DNA of 64,000 nt from Moniliella sp. 'wahieum'. Lineage: Eukaryota. Position numbers and translations under genes: made by a program. Numbering within the stretch: position 1 is the first letter of the stretch; every line of letters starts with the position of its first letter. The notes beneath the pieces were generated by a model that was not told the DNA's origin, made no database searches, and worked only from the letters and a program-made list of their open reading frames with translations. The stretch lies in contig RSEE01000096.1 in NCBI GenBank assembly GCA_003971905.1, positions 124,001 through 188,000 of the forward strand. The letters run 5' to 3'. Shown piece by piece: positions 25,675 to 38,300 of the stretch.

Positions 25675-27180
25675 ATGGCACCCTCGTTGCTCCCCGCCCA
25701 CCCGGGCACTGGCCTGGCGGCGCACTGCCCTCGTCCCGCTCGTTTTCTACCTGTCCCTCGGCCGCAGGAGGTGGGGCGGAACCACTATGCGACGTTAGGT
25801 CTCATGCCCTCTGCTGATTCCAGCGCAATCAAGGGCGCGTACTACAAGCTGGCCAAAACCTACCATCCCGATCTGAACAAGACAAGTGGTGCATCAGATA
25901 AGTTCCTGGCGATCCAAACGGCCTATGCGACTTTGTCAGATGCTTCGAAGCGGAGGGCATACGATCGGACCACCTGTCCTCTTCCTCTCCTTTTGTCTCC
26001 GCTCGTCGTACCTCTACCTCTTCTTCTTCCTCTTCCTTCTCCTCCTCTCGGCCCAAGTACTACGATCCATTTTCGTTTGTCGACCGGCGCGCGACGTACA
26101 CGTACGACGATCTGAAACGCGCGGCGCAGGGCAAGGCTCCCTTTACCTCGAGCGACCAGGCTGCGTGGGAAGAGGCGATGGGAAGCGAGGACGACGACAC
26201 CACCTCTTCGGGGTACGGTCCTTGGGAGGAAACCGGCTTTGCCGACGGGTACGCAGAGTTTATGGCGGATGGGTTTCCGGGCGGGAACCGTTCCGAGGCC
26301 GAAGCGGAGTTTGATGAGTTTTTAGCGCAGGTGGCAATGGATGCTTCGCGCGCCCGGTCTCGCCGGAACCGCAAACAACCTTGGACCTATGCTCCTAACC
26401 CCGACTCGCGCCGCAGCCAGCGTAGGGCCGAGGCACGTAGGTTGCGCAAGTACCAAGACCGTTATGGCGGGTTCGGCTATGGCCAACCGGGCACCCGACA
26501 CCCTCCTCCCCCCTCGTCCTCCTCCTAATAAGCGTTCATCTTCTTCCTCTTCCTCTTCCTCTTCCTCTTCATCCTCTTCTTCCTCGTCCTCTTCTACCTC
26601 CTCGTCGCGGTCGCATATGCACGAGGACCACAAGCGGCCATCGATCGTGTGCGCTGCGGGACGCGCGTACCCGGATGGCCGATACCAATCGTGCGCGACG
26701 CGAGGCTGCGGCGGGGGGGTCAGCGCACCGACCGGGCGGGTACGATGCGAGTGTGACGGTGAGCAAGCAGGCGAGTCGGAAGGGACGTGTTGCACCGTGT
26801 GCCGGTCAAGTGGGTCGGGGGAAAGGGATGGAATGTGCGTTGTGCCACGGTTCAGGCGCGCACCATGGTCCAGCCAAGACGCACAAGTGTGGTCGGTGTC
26901 GTGGTAAGGGGTTTGTCACCGTGCGCAGTTTGCGCGGGCAGAAGCATCGATCGATTGCCAGGTGTGCCAGGCGACCGGGTTCCATGCCAGCTTGCCCCGT
27001 CCCAGTGCGTGTGCGGCGTGCGATGGCACGGGCGTGGCGCAGGGCAAAGCGCGCGGGCAGGATGGGATTACGATCCGGGTGCGCGTGCCGGCCGGGACGC
27101 AGGATCAGGATATCCTCCGCGTGCCGGTCGGCAAGGGCGGCGCGTCAACGGCGCGTGTGCAGGTGCGCGTTGCAGCGTGA
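25675..27180 (+). CDS. Type I DnaJ/Hsp40 with zinc-finger domain, Mdj1-like (probably mitochondrial)
   Basis: J domain NHYATLG...YYKLAKTYHPDLNK...AYATLSDASKRRAYD; four CxxCxGxG-type motifs (CALCHGSG, CGRCRGKG, CQVCQATG, CAACDGTG); ITIRVRVPAGTQD. Arg-rich leader. The 3' end may extend further. Confidence 0.85.
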
Positions 27181-27760
27181 GAAAAAGCAATGGTCATGGA
27201 AGACATCAGTTGCGTGCACAGTTGTGGGGATGGGGATGGGGATGGGGATGTGGTCCGTCCGCGTGGTGTTCCGATATACAGATGGCAGAGACCACCGCCG
27301 TGCCTGGTCTGATCTTGCGCTGGGGCCGATCGGGCCGCTGTTTCGTCGCGCCGGCTGTCGCGGCCGAGGCATCCATCGGGCCAGGGCGCAGGTGGGGTGG
27401 CGATGGGCGTAGCAACCCCAACTGGGATGGGGAAGCGGCAAAACAGGTTTAGCCGTCTGCGCAAGCGCAAGGGAGACAACCCTAGCGGGGTCGGGTGCAG
27501 GTGGGGGACCCCAGTGTGCCCCGCACCCCAGTGGGCGGCGCCAGGCGAGTGTGGCCTGGCGCAAAATGCGGTGCCCCACACTTCGGCTCTGCGGCTGTGG
27601 CCTTAGCCGGGTGTCGGGCGACTGGCGATGGGGCCGCGAGAGCCGCGACAAGGCCCGCTGGCAGAAGCACATGTCCGCAGTCGACACGGCGCCCGGTGGC
27701 ATACCCTAGCCCTTTAACCCCCATCCCGCATCCTTCCTCTCCTGCGCTGCTCCCACCACC

Positions 27761-29429
27761 ATGCCCCGCCTCGCTTCCCGCTCGACAATCAGTACGTTCT
27801 TCCTCCCTCCCTTGCTCACTGTGCGTCTAACGCCGGCTGGCACCAGAGAACCTGCTGCAGCTCACGCACAGCGTCAACTGCCCCTGCCATGGTGTGCCAC
27901 CATGCGCAGTCCCCAGTCCACCGCCAGCATGGTGCGTGCCGGACTGAAGATGGTCACGTCCCATGGCCAGACGGCGCGGACGTTTGCTGCGCCTGTGGAC
28001 CAAGCTGTGCAGCGCGAGTATGCATTTGAGATGGCTGCGTCCAACTGCCGCTTTGGGCCTGGCGTCACGCGCGAGGTGGGACTTGACCTGCAGGCAATGA
28101 AGCCCCGCAAGGTCGGCGTCTGGACCGACAAGAACCTACTCAATTTGACCGCGATGAAGCAAACCATCGAGTCGCTCGAGGCGGCCAACGTGCCGTACGA
28201 AGTGTACGACCGGGTTCGCGTCGAGCCCAATGATGCTAGCTGGGCCGACACGATTGAGTATGCTCGTAAAAACGATTTTTCTCATTGTACGCCCCCCCCC
28301 CCCTCTCCGTGCCATGCCGTTCTTCCTGCTCTCGCTCTCGCTCTTGCCCATTCTGACTGTTTGCCACGATGCGATTGCCTTCCCAGTCTTGGCTGTCGGT
28401 GGTGGCTCGACGATGGACACGTGCAGGTGGCCAATTGTTTACCTGTTACCCAGAGCAGATCTGCTGGACTTTGTCAACGCACCCATTGGTAAAGGCCTGC
28501 CCATTTCCCAGCAACTCCGTCCTCTGATTGCCATTCCCACCACGGCCGGTACGGGTTCCGAGACGACGGGTACGGCGATCTTTGACCATGCTGCGACAGG
28601 GGCCAAGACGGGGATTGCGAACCGTGCGCTGCGCCCCTACTTGGTATTATTGATCCTCTCAACACGGCCGAATGTCCTACTGAGGTGCACGTGAGCTCCG
28701 GGCTGGATGTACTCTCCACTCGCTGGAATCGTAACACTGCCTTGCCGTTTAACGAGCGGACCCCGCGCCCTTCGCACCCCTTTTACGTCCTGCGTACCAA
28801 GGCCGCAATCCAGTCTCGGACCTCTTCTCCTTTTGGGCGCTGCAGCAGACGGTCAGTACCTGCCTCGGGTCAAGGCGAACCGGTTCGACGAGGAGGCACG
28901 GATGCAGATGTGCCTTGCGGCAGGGCTGGCCGGGATCGGGTTCGGGAATGCAGGGGTAACGTTGTGCCATGCGGCGTCGTATCCGATTTCAGGGCTGAAC
29001 AAGTCGCATGGGCAGTACAAGCATCCGGGGTACATGGTGGACCCCCGATCGTGCCGCACGGCATCTCGGTCGCTCTCACGGGCCCGGCGGTATTTGAATT
29101 TTTGGCACCTAGCTCGCCCGACCGGCATAGGCAGATCGCCGAGGTGTTCGCCGAGTATGGCAGTGCGCACGACCCGGACCTGAACCGCGTCTCGGACCCG
29201 GCAGTGCTGGGTCAAATCGTGTACGACCGCATCGCGGCGTTCTTGGCCTCGTTGGACGTGCCGCGTGGACTGAGCCAGATTGGCTACACCTCCTCGGACA
29301 TTCCCGATATTGTCAAGGGCACGTTGCCGCAGCGGCGCGTGCTGGACCTCGCGCGGGCGTGCGGAGATGGCGGTGGAGCAGAGTACCGAGGCGCTGTCGG
29401 GCATCCTGGAGCGCTCCATGGCGTACTAG
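27761..29429 (+). CDS. ADHFE1: Hydroxyacid-oxoacid transhydrogenase (iron-dependent ADH family, mitochondrial)
   Basis: Introns 27792-27846 and 28287-28386 give MPRLASRSTIKNLLQLTHSVNCPCHG...EYAFEMAASNCRFGPGVTREVG...FLAVGGGSTMDT; IPTTAGTGSETTG; GIGFGNAG..LCH; VPHGISVALTGPAVF; GTLPQRRV; GILERSMAY*. Confidence 0.93.
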
Positions 29430-30199
29430 CCTGCGGGTGATATGGGACAAGCCCAGACGTAGGCAAGCGAACGGCATAGCTCCGTTGCAGATCCAAATCA
29501 AGATCCACATCCAGATCCAGATCCAGATCCACCTCCATACACATCGTCGGCGTCAACCGATGGAGGGACATGGGGAGGCAGGACCATTGATCATCGATCA
29601 ACATGTATCATCCAATCATAGACCACCGATCATATACATACCGCAGAAGCTTACCGTTAAGCTTAAATTTCAAAGCGTAGCGCCTAGTGGAGGTTCGGCT
29701 CGAGGCAGGGGGCAGCCAAGCGGCGTGCCGTGGCGATCGGCCGTGTTGGTCTGGAAGGGCAGCAGCGCAGCGCAGGGGGGGCAGGGCTCCGCAGGGGGGC
29801 GCAGGGTCGGGTGGATCGTAAGCGTGCGACCTGGTGCAGCGCATGCGGGTCCCTGCAGTAGGCAGTTGTAGAGGCGACAAGGGGTGGCATGCCCCAGGGC
29901 GGCTCTGCCTGCCAGTGGCGCCGGGGCAGCGGAGGCGCCGCGGCGCGGACAAGCACTGGCCCCGGCCGTGGCATGGCGTAAAGCACACTGCGCCGTGGCT
30001 GCTTCGCGCGCACTGCTCCACGTGCCAGGAACCCTGGTCCGACTCAGAAAGCCGCGAGCCCAAGCCAGAACCCAGAACCACACGCAGAAGCCCAGCCTGG
30101 GCCCCAACATCAGCGCATCCGCAGGGGGCAAGCCTGGGCACACTCAACCAGTCTGCTCCACCACCACCACCACCACCACCTCCTCCTCCTCCCCTGCTC

Positions 30200-33100
30200 A
30201 TGAGTCGCCAACAGCGCTACGCGCCGTCGACGACCAGTACAACACGGAGCTGCCCATGTCGGGTGCGCGCCGGCGCTCCCTCCGCCCGCTGCGCGTACGC
30301 CGCGCCGTCGCAGGCCTACTCGCCGCACAGCGTCCGGGCCGCAGCCCAGGCCGCAGTCCTATCCGCAGTCCTGGTCGTCGCGCTGCGTCGCCATCGCCGT
30401 CGCCCGTGTACGTCAGCCGGCCCACGCCCTCGCTGGCGGGTACGGCTACCAAGATGCCTCCTTCGCTGGCTACGGCGAAGGGTACGACGATGAGACTCAT
30501 ATCCCCCTCTCGGAAAAGGGCCCGCCACTGGAAAAGATGACATCGATGGAAATCAATTACCCGCCCCAGGCTCCCCGCCAGGTTTACTATGGGTACGTGG
30601 ATTGTCCTTGCTGCAACCCCCCCCCCCCCCCCGTTTGCTGCATGCTGACTGACACACTCTCTTTTTGCCCTTGTCCTTCTCTTCTCCTTCTCCTTGCCCG
30701 GATTAGTCTGCACGACGGAGGGTCGACGTTGCTCCCGGCAGGCCCTATGAGCCCGTACGGCTACCCCTCTGGTCCTGGCTCGTCGGTCGTCGGTCCTGGG
30801 GACAGTGCGTCGCAGGTCGAGTCGCAAGTGGCCTGGGCGCAACGGCAAAACCTGCCCAAGCGCGGCATGACACGTCGGGTCAAACTTACCAAGGGGCATT
30901 GGATTGTGGAGCACCGTGTGCCAACGGCGATTCGCAACTCGTTTGAGCCCAAGTGGACACAGGGAAACAAGACGACCGAGTACACTCATATGCGCTATAC
31001 TGCCGCGACGTGTGATCCGGATGATTTTACAAAGGAGAACGGATGGACGTTACGTGCGTCGGATCTGTATGGCCGCGACACAGAGATCCTAATTGCCATC
31101 ACGTACTACAATGAGGACCGGGTGCTGGTGGCGCGTACGTTGCATGGGGTCATGCTGAACATTCGGGACATTTGCAAGTCGAAATCTTCCAAGTTTTGGC
31201 GGCGGTCCGCTGAGGAAGGTCGTCCCGGCTGGCAACGGATCGTTGTCTCGCTCATCTTTGATGGTATTGACCCGTGCGACAAGGAAGTGCTGGACCTGCT
31301 GGCGACAGTGGGGGTGTACCAGGACGGAGTGATGAAACGCCAAGTCGATGGGAAAGAAACGGTCGCTCATATATTCGAGTACACGACCCAACTCTCTGTG
31401 GATCCCAAACCTTCGTTGGTCCAACCGCATGGCTCGGACGAGTCCAACTTGGTGCCTGTCCAGATGATCTTTTGCCTCAAGCAAAAAAACTCGAAAAAAA
31501 TCAACTCGCATCGCTGGCTGTTTAATGCGCTCGGGCGCCATCTCGAACCCGAAACGTGCATCTTGCTCGATGCGGGCACCAAGCCCAGTCCCAAAAGTTT
31601 GTATTACCTATGGGAAGCAATGTACAACAACCGCCACCTGGGTGGATGCTGTGGTGAGATTCACGCCATGATCAAGGGTGGGCGCAAGTTGCTCAACCCG
31701 CTCGTGGCGGCACAAAACTTTGAGTACAAGATGAGCAACATTCTTGACAAGCCGTTGGAAAGTGCATTTGGTTACGTCTCCGTCTTGCCCGGTGCGTTTA
31801 GTGCGTATCGTTTCCGCGCCATTCAGGGCCGTCCGTTGCAGCAGTACTTTCATGGCGACCATACGTTGGCCGACCGGTTGGGCAAAAAGGGGTTGCACGG
31901 TATGGGCATTTTCACGAAGAACATGTTCCTGGCTGAAGACCGGATCTTGTGCTTTGAATTGGTGTTTAAGCGCGGAGACCGTTGGACGCTCGGGTACGTA
32001 AAGAACGCCAAGGGCGAAACGGATGTGCCTGAGGGGGCTGCCGAGCTGATCAGTCAGCGGCGGCGCTGGCTCAACGGCTCGTTTGCAGCGTCGATTTACT
32101 CGTTGATCCATTTTGGAAGGTGTACCAATCGGGCCACAACATCATTCGGATTTTCTTCCTCCACGTTCAAGCGCTGTACAACTTGGTCGTCCTGATCGTC
32201 ACGTGGTTTTCGCTGGCCAACTACTGGTTGACGTTTTCCATCATCATTCAGTTTCTTCCCGACAACATTCTGCACTCGGCGAGCGAGACGCTGCTGACGG
32301 TGCTACACTGGGTCAACCTAGGGTGTGAATGGGTCTATGTCTTTTTCCTAATTCTTCAATTTGTGCTTGCGCTCGGTAATCGTCCCAAGGCCGAGACGCG
32401 GCTCTACATTCTTTCCTTTTCGTCTTTGCCGTGATGGGCATGTACCTGATTGTCGTATCGCTTTGGCTGACGGTGGACATGCGCGACCTAGCCAAGCAAA
32501 TCGATGGTGCCCAGTCGTTTTGGTCGGTAATCATGACGAATGCACAATCGACCACAGTGTTGATTGCCAGTTTGATCGCTACGTTCGGGGTGTACCTGAT
32601 TGCTTCGATCATGTACCTTGATCCATGGCACATGATCACCTCTTTCCCGCAGTACATGGCCATCGCACCGAGCTTGATCAACATTCTCAACGTCTACGCC
32701 TTTTGCAACTTGCACGATGTGAGTTGGGGCACAAAAGGGTCGACAAGGCGGATGTACTGCCGTCAGTGGATACCAAGAAGGCCACTGCGCCCGATGGGAC
32801 GGTGGAGGAGGTGGAACAAGAACAAGAGGACATTGATGCCCATTTCCGTGAGGTGGTTCAACGTGCCGTCGCGCCCGTGGTCGTGGTGCAGCATAAGGAA
32901 AAACCAACGATGGACGATAGCAATAAGACGTTCCGCACGCGCCTCGTTATCTTTGGATCTTGTGCAATGGCGCTTTGACGGTGACCATTCAGAACTTGGC
33001 TGGCCTGCACTACAACGAGACGGACAAGCAGATCAAGGCTGAAGAACAAAGAACACAAGGATACTACTTTAAGGTACGTCTCCTCTTCTCTTCTCTCCTC

Positions 33101-33280
33101 TTGTCTCCTCTTTACCTCTCCGCCTCTTATGATCCACGTTACTAACCCAACCCCTACCCTCCTTGCTCCTTTTTGCAGGCCCTGCTGTGGACGACGTTTG
33201 GTCTTTCCTTTTTCAAGTTCTGTGGGTTCTTCGTCTTTTGGTCCACCCGCTTGATCCGCATGCCGTGCCGCAAGTCATGA
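30200..33280 (+). CDS. CHS: Chitin synthase, division 1, class III-like
   Basis: [93 protein letters not shown]; introns ~30593-30705 and 33074-33178; stop TGA at 33278-33280. Confidence 0.96.
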
Positions 33281-33847
33281 TTTCAGATGCGATTGATGAT
33301 TGATGATTGGTGATTTCATCGATGGACTTACTTCCTTCCGTTCCGTTGGTTCTTCCTACCTGGTGTCATCTCGTGCCGTGTCGTGTTCTGTCGTATCTGG
33401 TCGTGTCTGGCCGTGCCGTGTGCTAAGCCATGCTATCTTTAGTCCCCGACGCATTGGAGCCCGCGTGTTGTCAAGCCACGTTGGTCACACCCGAGGCCCC
33501 TCTTCCCCTCCCTCCTCCCCCATATAATCAGCAACAAGGTCGCCTCCCGCGCTCTGTGGGATATACCCCTCCCTCCTCGCCTACGTTCCTCATTTCCTCA
33601 TTTCCTTCCTGCCCGCAACGCTCTTTCCATCTATCCTTCGCTCCTTTGTTCCACTGCCTCCCTCCGTTCCTTTATCTCTTGTCTCGTTGGCTCTTTCTTT
33701 CTCTCTTCTCTCCTCTTTGTGGCTTTTTGTCGTCCTGTGCCAGACCCCCACCGCCAAACTGCTGAGCTCGGCCCATGCGGGTGAGGGGCTGTCCACAAGC
33801 CCGACGTATTGGACGAATTGGTTTTCCTAATAAATGCAAGTGCATTG

Positions 33848-34007
33848 TGTTGACATCCGTCCTAGGACCGCGCGGACCCTGAGTCACGTGAGTCAGCTTT
33901 CATTCCTTCCGAGCTCGCACCAGTCTTCTGGACGAGTCAGTCGCAGAAGCTTCTTAGTCAAATACGACGTTCAGTGCTCACATTCTGTGGTAGTAGCGAG
34001 GCCGACA
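33848..34007 (+). repeat. 5' LTR
   Basis: TGTTGACATCC...GGCCGACA; identical to 38740-38899 except one base (TAGTCAAATAC vs TAGTCCAATAC). Confidence 0.97.
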
Positions 34008-34061
34008 GAGTTACATCCTTATCTGCTCATCCCTGAGCTGGCCAAAACTACACCCACAACC

Positions 34062-35304
34062 ATGGGCGCCAACGCTAACACCGATCTCTCGGTCAGCGAC
34101 ACCACAATGGTGAACAAGCGCGATTACTGGACACCAACCGGTCGCGATCCGCCACCGATTGGCACCGACAACGAGGAACTCATGATGCTTTGCGCCGAAG
34201 CGCACCTGTGGTTCAAGAAGACGAACGACATCGATGTCGTTAAAGAGAAGATCAACAGAGCTATACACGACAGAGCCGAGTGGCTTGGATGGAAGGACGA
34301 ACCTACGTCTATCACGACAAACTGGGTTCGACGGGCTACGAATTTTGTGGTGCAAAACATCCACCAAATGGAAACTCAACCCAACGCAACTTTGGGGGCA
34401 CCTACAGGCGCAGCCTCGCGACCCGAGTACGACCTTTACAGATCACTACGCGAGTCTCCCACCAAGAATATCAAGTGGCCTGATCTGAACAAAGACCCGT
34501 CCGCCTACAGCGCTTGGGAAGACGAATTTCTTCGCGATAACAGATGCCCACCCCCACGCAAGCGACGTCGTCCAGAATGGTCGCAGCTCCCGCTACTTCA
34601 CCGAGGACCTCGACAGACGCTTGCACAACCTTCTTAGGGAAGCCATGCCGTCAACCCTCTTCCGGACGATCCGCACCCACCACGAAATATCATGCACCCA
34701 GGACACGCTGAACATGCTGCGTCAGCGGTATGGATATACGCCTACCGCAAACAGAGGGCCTCTACTCATTCGCTACTTTTCGGCCGACCAAGGAAACCGA
34801 TCGGGTCGAGACTACCTCGACTACATGGAAGAGATCAGTGCAAGCCTGACGCGAGCGGGCATCCCACTTACGGAAGAGCAGGAACGCACTGGGATCCTAC
34901 TCGGCTTACGCGACATGAGCATTCGCCAGCGTGAAGAGCGCTCGAGTCTAGACAAGTTACGGCAGGCCGTGATGGACATACCAGCCGCCACGTATCCCGG
35001 TGGAGAAAGGAAGAGAAACGGAGGCAAGCCGGTCAACGGAGGAACGCCTTGGACTCGACCCGACAGCGGGGGACGACCCACCAGCGGGGGAAAAAACTCC
35101 AGCGGGGGCAAAGCCGGCGACGACAACCTCGCGGACACAAGACCAAGGGGCAAACCGCACAACCAACCCTGGCGCAGCGCGACGTCTAATAAACCTGTTG
35201 TCCCTCCGCGCAACCCAGGCCGAGCCAACGCTCACGTCGCTCAGAGAGCGAGCTCTCCCGAGTCTGAAGTGATTGACGTTGATGCGGGCACAGCTGACTA
35301 CTAG
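34062..35304 (+). CDS. gag: Retrotransposon Gag
   Basis: ATG at 34062; one frame change near 34537; helical capsid-like segment DYLDYMEEISASLTRAGIPLTEEQ..ILLGL; ends at TAG in frame with pol. Confidence 0.75.
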
Positions 35305-38300
35305 GAACTCGGGGGCGAAATGCGAATCATCCGGGCATTATATGACAGTGGGGCATTCCCATCCATTTGGAAAGACAAATCCGTCTTCACATCCATGACC
35401 CCTTGCGACGACGAGATAGAGGTTGCTAACGGGACACATGTAAAGGCGGAAGGACGAGGCACGGCCACAATCCGTATCCGATGCTTAGGAGGACACCAAA
35501 TGGAGATAAAACTCCCCAACAGCCTATACATGCCCCGTTTCAGCCGAAATCTCGTCAGTGTAGCACACCTGTCGAACACCGGAATCGCATCATACTTCGC
35601 CCCACACCAGAAGGGTATCTGGCTTGGTAACCCAGGATCCACCCTACGAAAAGTAACCGGCAGTGACTATCAATTCACGATCTTACACAACCGCGAACGC
35701 CACCCACACCCCGCGGCCATGGCGACCAAAACCGATCAAACCGGCCGACCCCCCTCAACCCCAAACTCCCTCGCAGCATCCCTGGCCCTGGACCACGTCT
35801 CTAAAGCCCACAAACGCTGGAACCACGCAGCCATCGACCTCCTCCCCTGGCTTACACGATCGGAACCGCAGGCCTCCGCGTCACAGCCAAGCATATCTCT
35901 CCTCGGTGTCGTTCAGAGTGGGATTGCCCAACATGCGCGTGGCACTAGCGACAGCATCGCCCATCCGAGCCGGGACCGCCTCCGATCCAAAAGACCTTTC
36001 GAGGTCCTCCACGTCGACGTAGTAGACCTCCCCCGGGTAACCGGCATGGGGCACGGATACGCCCTCGTCGCCGTTGATGACTTCACGCGGTACGTCTTCA
36101 CCACAGCGATCCCGACAAAGGGCGCTGCAACGAAGGAACTGCGGAACCTCATATTGCGGGAGCAACGCTACGGCCCGGACAGACTGCTGCGGACTTTGCG
36201 CACGGACAACGCCCCCGAATTGACAAGCGCACTGCAACCTTTTCTGGACGAGCAAGGCATCACGTCAGAACGGACAATCCCGGGGCAGAGTGCTAGCAAC
36301 GGTGTGGCTGAGCGTGCCATCCGAACCATAACGACTCGTGCAAGGCAGTTGCTCTTGGGTACAGGTCTTCCGACGTCGGACTGGTGGGAACACAGCCTCC
36401 ACGCTGCGTGCTTCACCCAAAACCAAATGCCACTCAAAACATCCGGGGAAGACAACAAATCGCGATTTGAGCGATACAAAGGCCACGCATACTCGTTACC
36501 GATGCAACCCTTTGGCCGCGTTGCATACCTCCATCTGCCCGAGTCACGCCGCGAGCACAAGCTCAGCGCGCGGGCAGAGGAAGGTATGCTGGTAGGATAC
36601 CACCATCAGCGCGGATCAAAGGGATGGCTCTTCGCCACATACCAACCATCCCTGGGTACCTTCACCTACCGCTGGTCGAAACCGTACAAATGGGGCAACG
36701 CCATCTACCCCCATCTCCACCCCGACCACTTCCCACCCGACATCTCCAAATCACCTCAAATTAAAATCGACAGTGAAAAAGACGCTAACCCTACTCCGCC
36801 AGCCGCGGCAGCACCCATGCCCCGAACCGCCGCCACACCCCAGACACCCGCTCCCACCACCACCCCCCCTCCGCGCCGCTACCCCCTCCGCCAGCGCACC
36901 ACCCGCACCTCCCTCGACCTGCACACACTCCCAATCGCTGACGACCCCACCGACACGACCTACCATGCTCGTGCTGCAGCCGCCACGCCCCACTGCGCCG
37001 CACCAGAGATCGGCATCGCCCGCCCCCTACCTGACACATCCGCCCCCCCGTTTGCCGACACAGTTCAACCTCCCGAATACGCCGCCATGACTGCTCTCAG
37101 CGCACCCATCCACCCGGACACGGTTCAGCTCACCAAGGATGGCGTACCCCTCGCTCCCAAGACGCTCAAGGGTCTCGAGACTCACCCCTCCTTTGCCATG
37201 GTCAAGCAGGCTATGGCCGACGAGGTGGCCACACTCGCGCGATACGGCACCTACGAGGCTACGTACCCACCACCGGGTGCACAAATCCTCATAGGACTAT
37301 GGCGCATCACCACAAAGACGGACGCCGAGGGCCGGTTCCTGCGCCACCGCGCGCGCTTTGTCGCGGGCGGACACCAACAATCGGCCGAGACTTGGGGCCA
37401 GACGTTCGCACCATCGGTGCGCACACCTGCCATCCTGACCCTCGTCGTGCTGGCCGAGAAGTATAAGTTTGGCCTCTTCTCGGCGGACGTCAATGCAGCG
37501 TACCTGAACGCCCCCCTCGAAGAAGCAGTCTACATCCGCCCACCCCCCTACTTCCCCGAAGCGGGTGGTCGCGTGTGGCGTCTCAAGAAGAGTCTATACG
37601 GGCTACATCAGAGCGGAGCAAACTGGGCACGATACATCCGGAACCTGCTGCGTGACAAGCTCGGCTTCACGCAAAGCTTGACCGAGCCCTGCTTGTTCGT
37701 GCGCGCTGCACCACCGGGTGAGCAGATCCTCCTGGCGGTCCACACCGACGATCTGCTCCTCGCATGCAAGTCACACCAAAAGTACGAGGAGTTTATGGCC
37801 GAGATAAACACACACATTGATGTTCGTGGTAACGGTCCCCTTCACTACCACCTGGGATGCCAATACGATCGGATCGGTGGGGAGCTGTACCTGAGCCAAC
37901 CAAAGTTCATCGAGGAAGTGGTGGCAAAGCACCACATCAAAGCCCCGTGGATCCGGACTCTCCCACATCCCGTACGGATGATACCGCCCCGTGCCGACCC
38001 TGAACCCCCATCCCTCCCAGCCTTGCGCAAGGCATATCAGGGGAAGATCGGATCGGGACTGTGGGCTGCACGAATGGGCCGGCCTGACTCCCTCTTCGCT
38101 ATCACGGCCCTCAGCAGAGCCGCTGCCGACCCATCGCAGCAGCATCATCAAGCAGTCGATGACTTCCTTCGCTACCTGTACCATACTCGAGGAAAGGGCC
38201 TGAGGTTGACCCCAACATCAGATGCACCGGCCATTGCGCTGTATACAGATTCCGACTTGGCGGGAGATCCCATCCAGGCACGCTCCACATCTGGATGCCT

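Noticed and set aside
26791..26815. Fifth zinc motif CTVCRSSG in the DnaJ
   Set aside because: It is off-frame; the neighbouring frame (LHRVPVKWVG) fits the expected pre-zinc-finger strand.
34528..34545. Ty1-like +1 frameshift at CTT CGC G
   Set aside because: It is not the CTT-AGG-C signal, lies mid-gag rather than at the gag/pol junction, and indel errors are common here.
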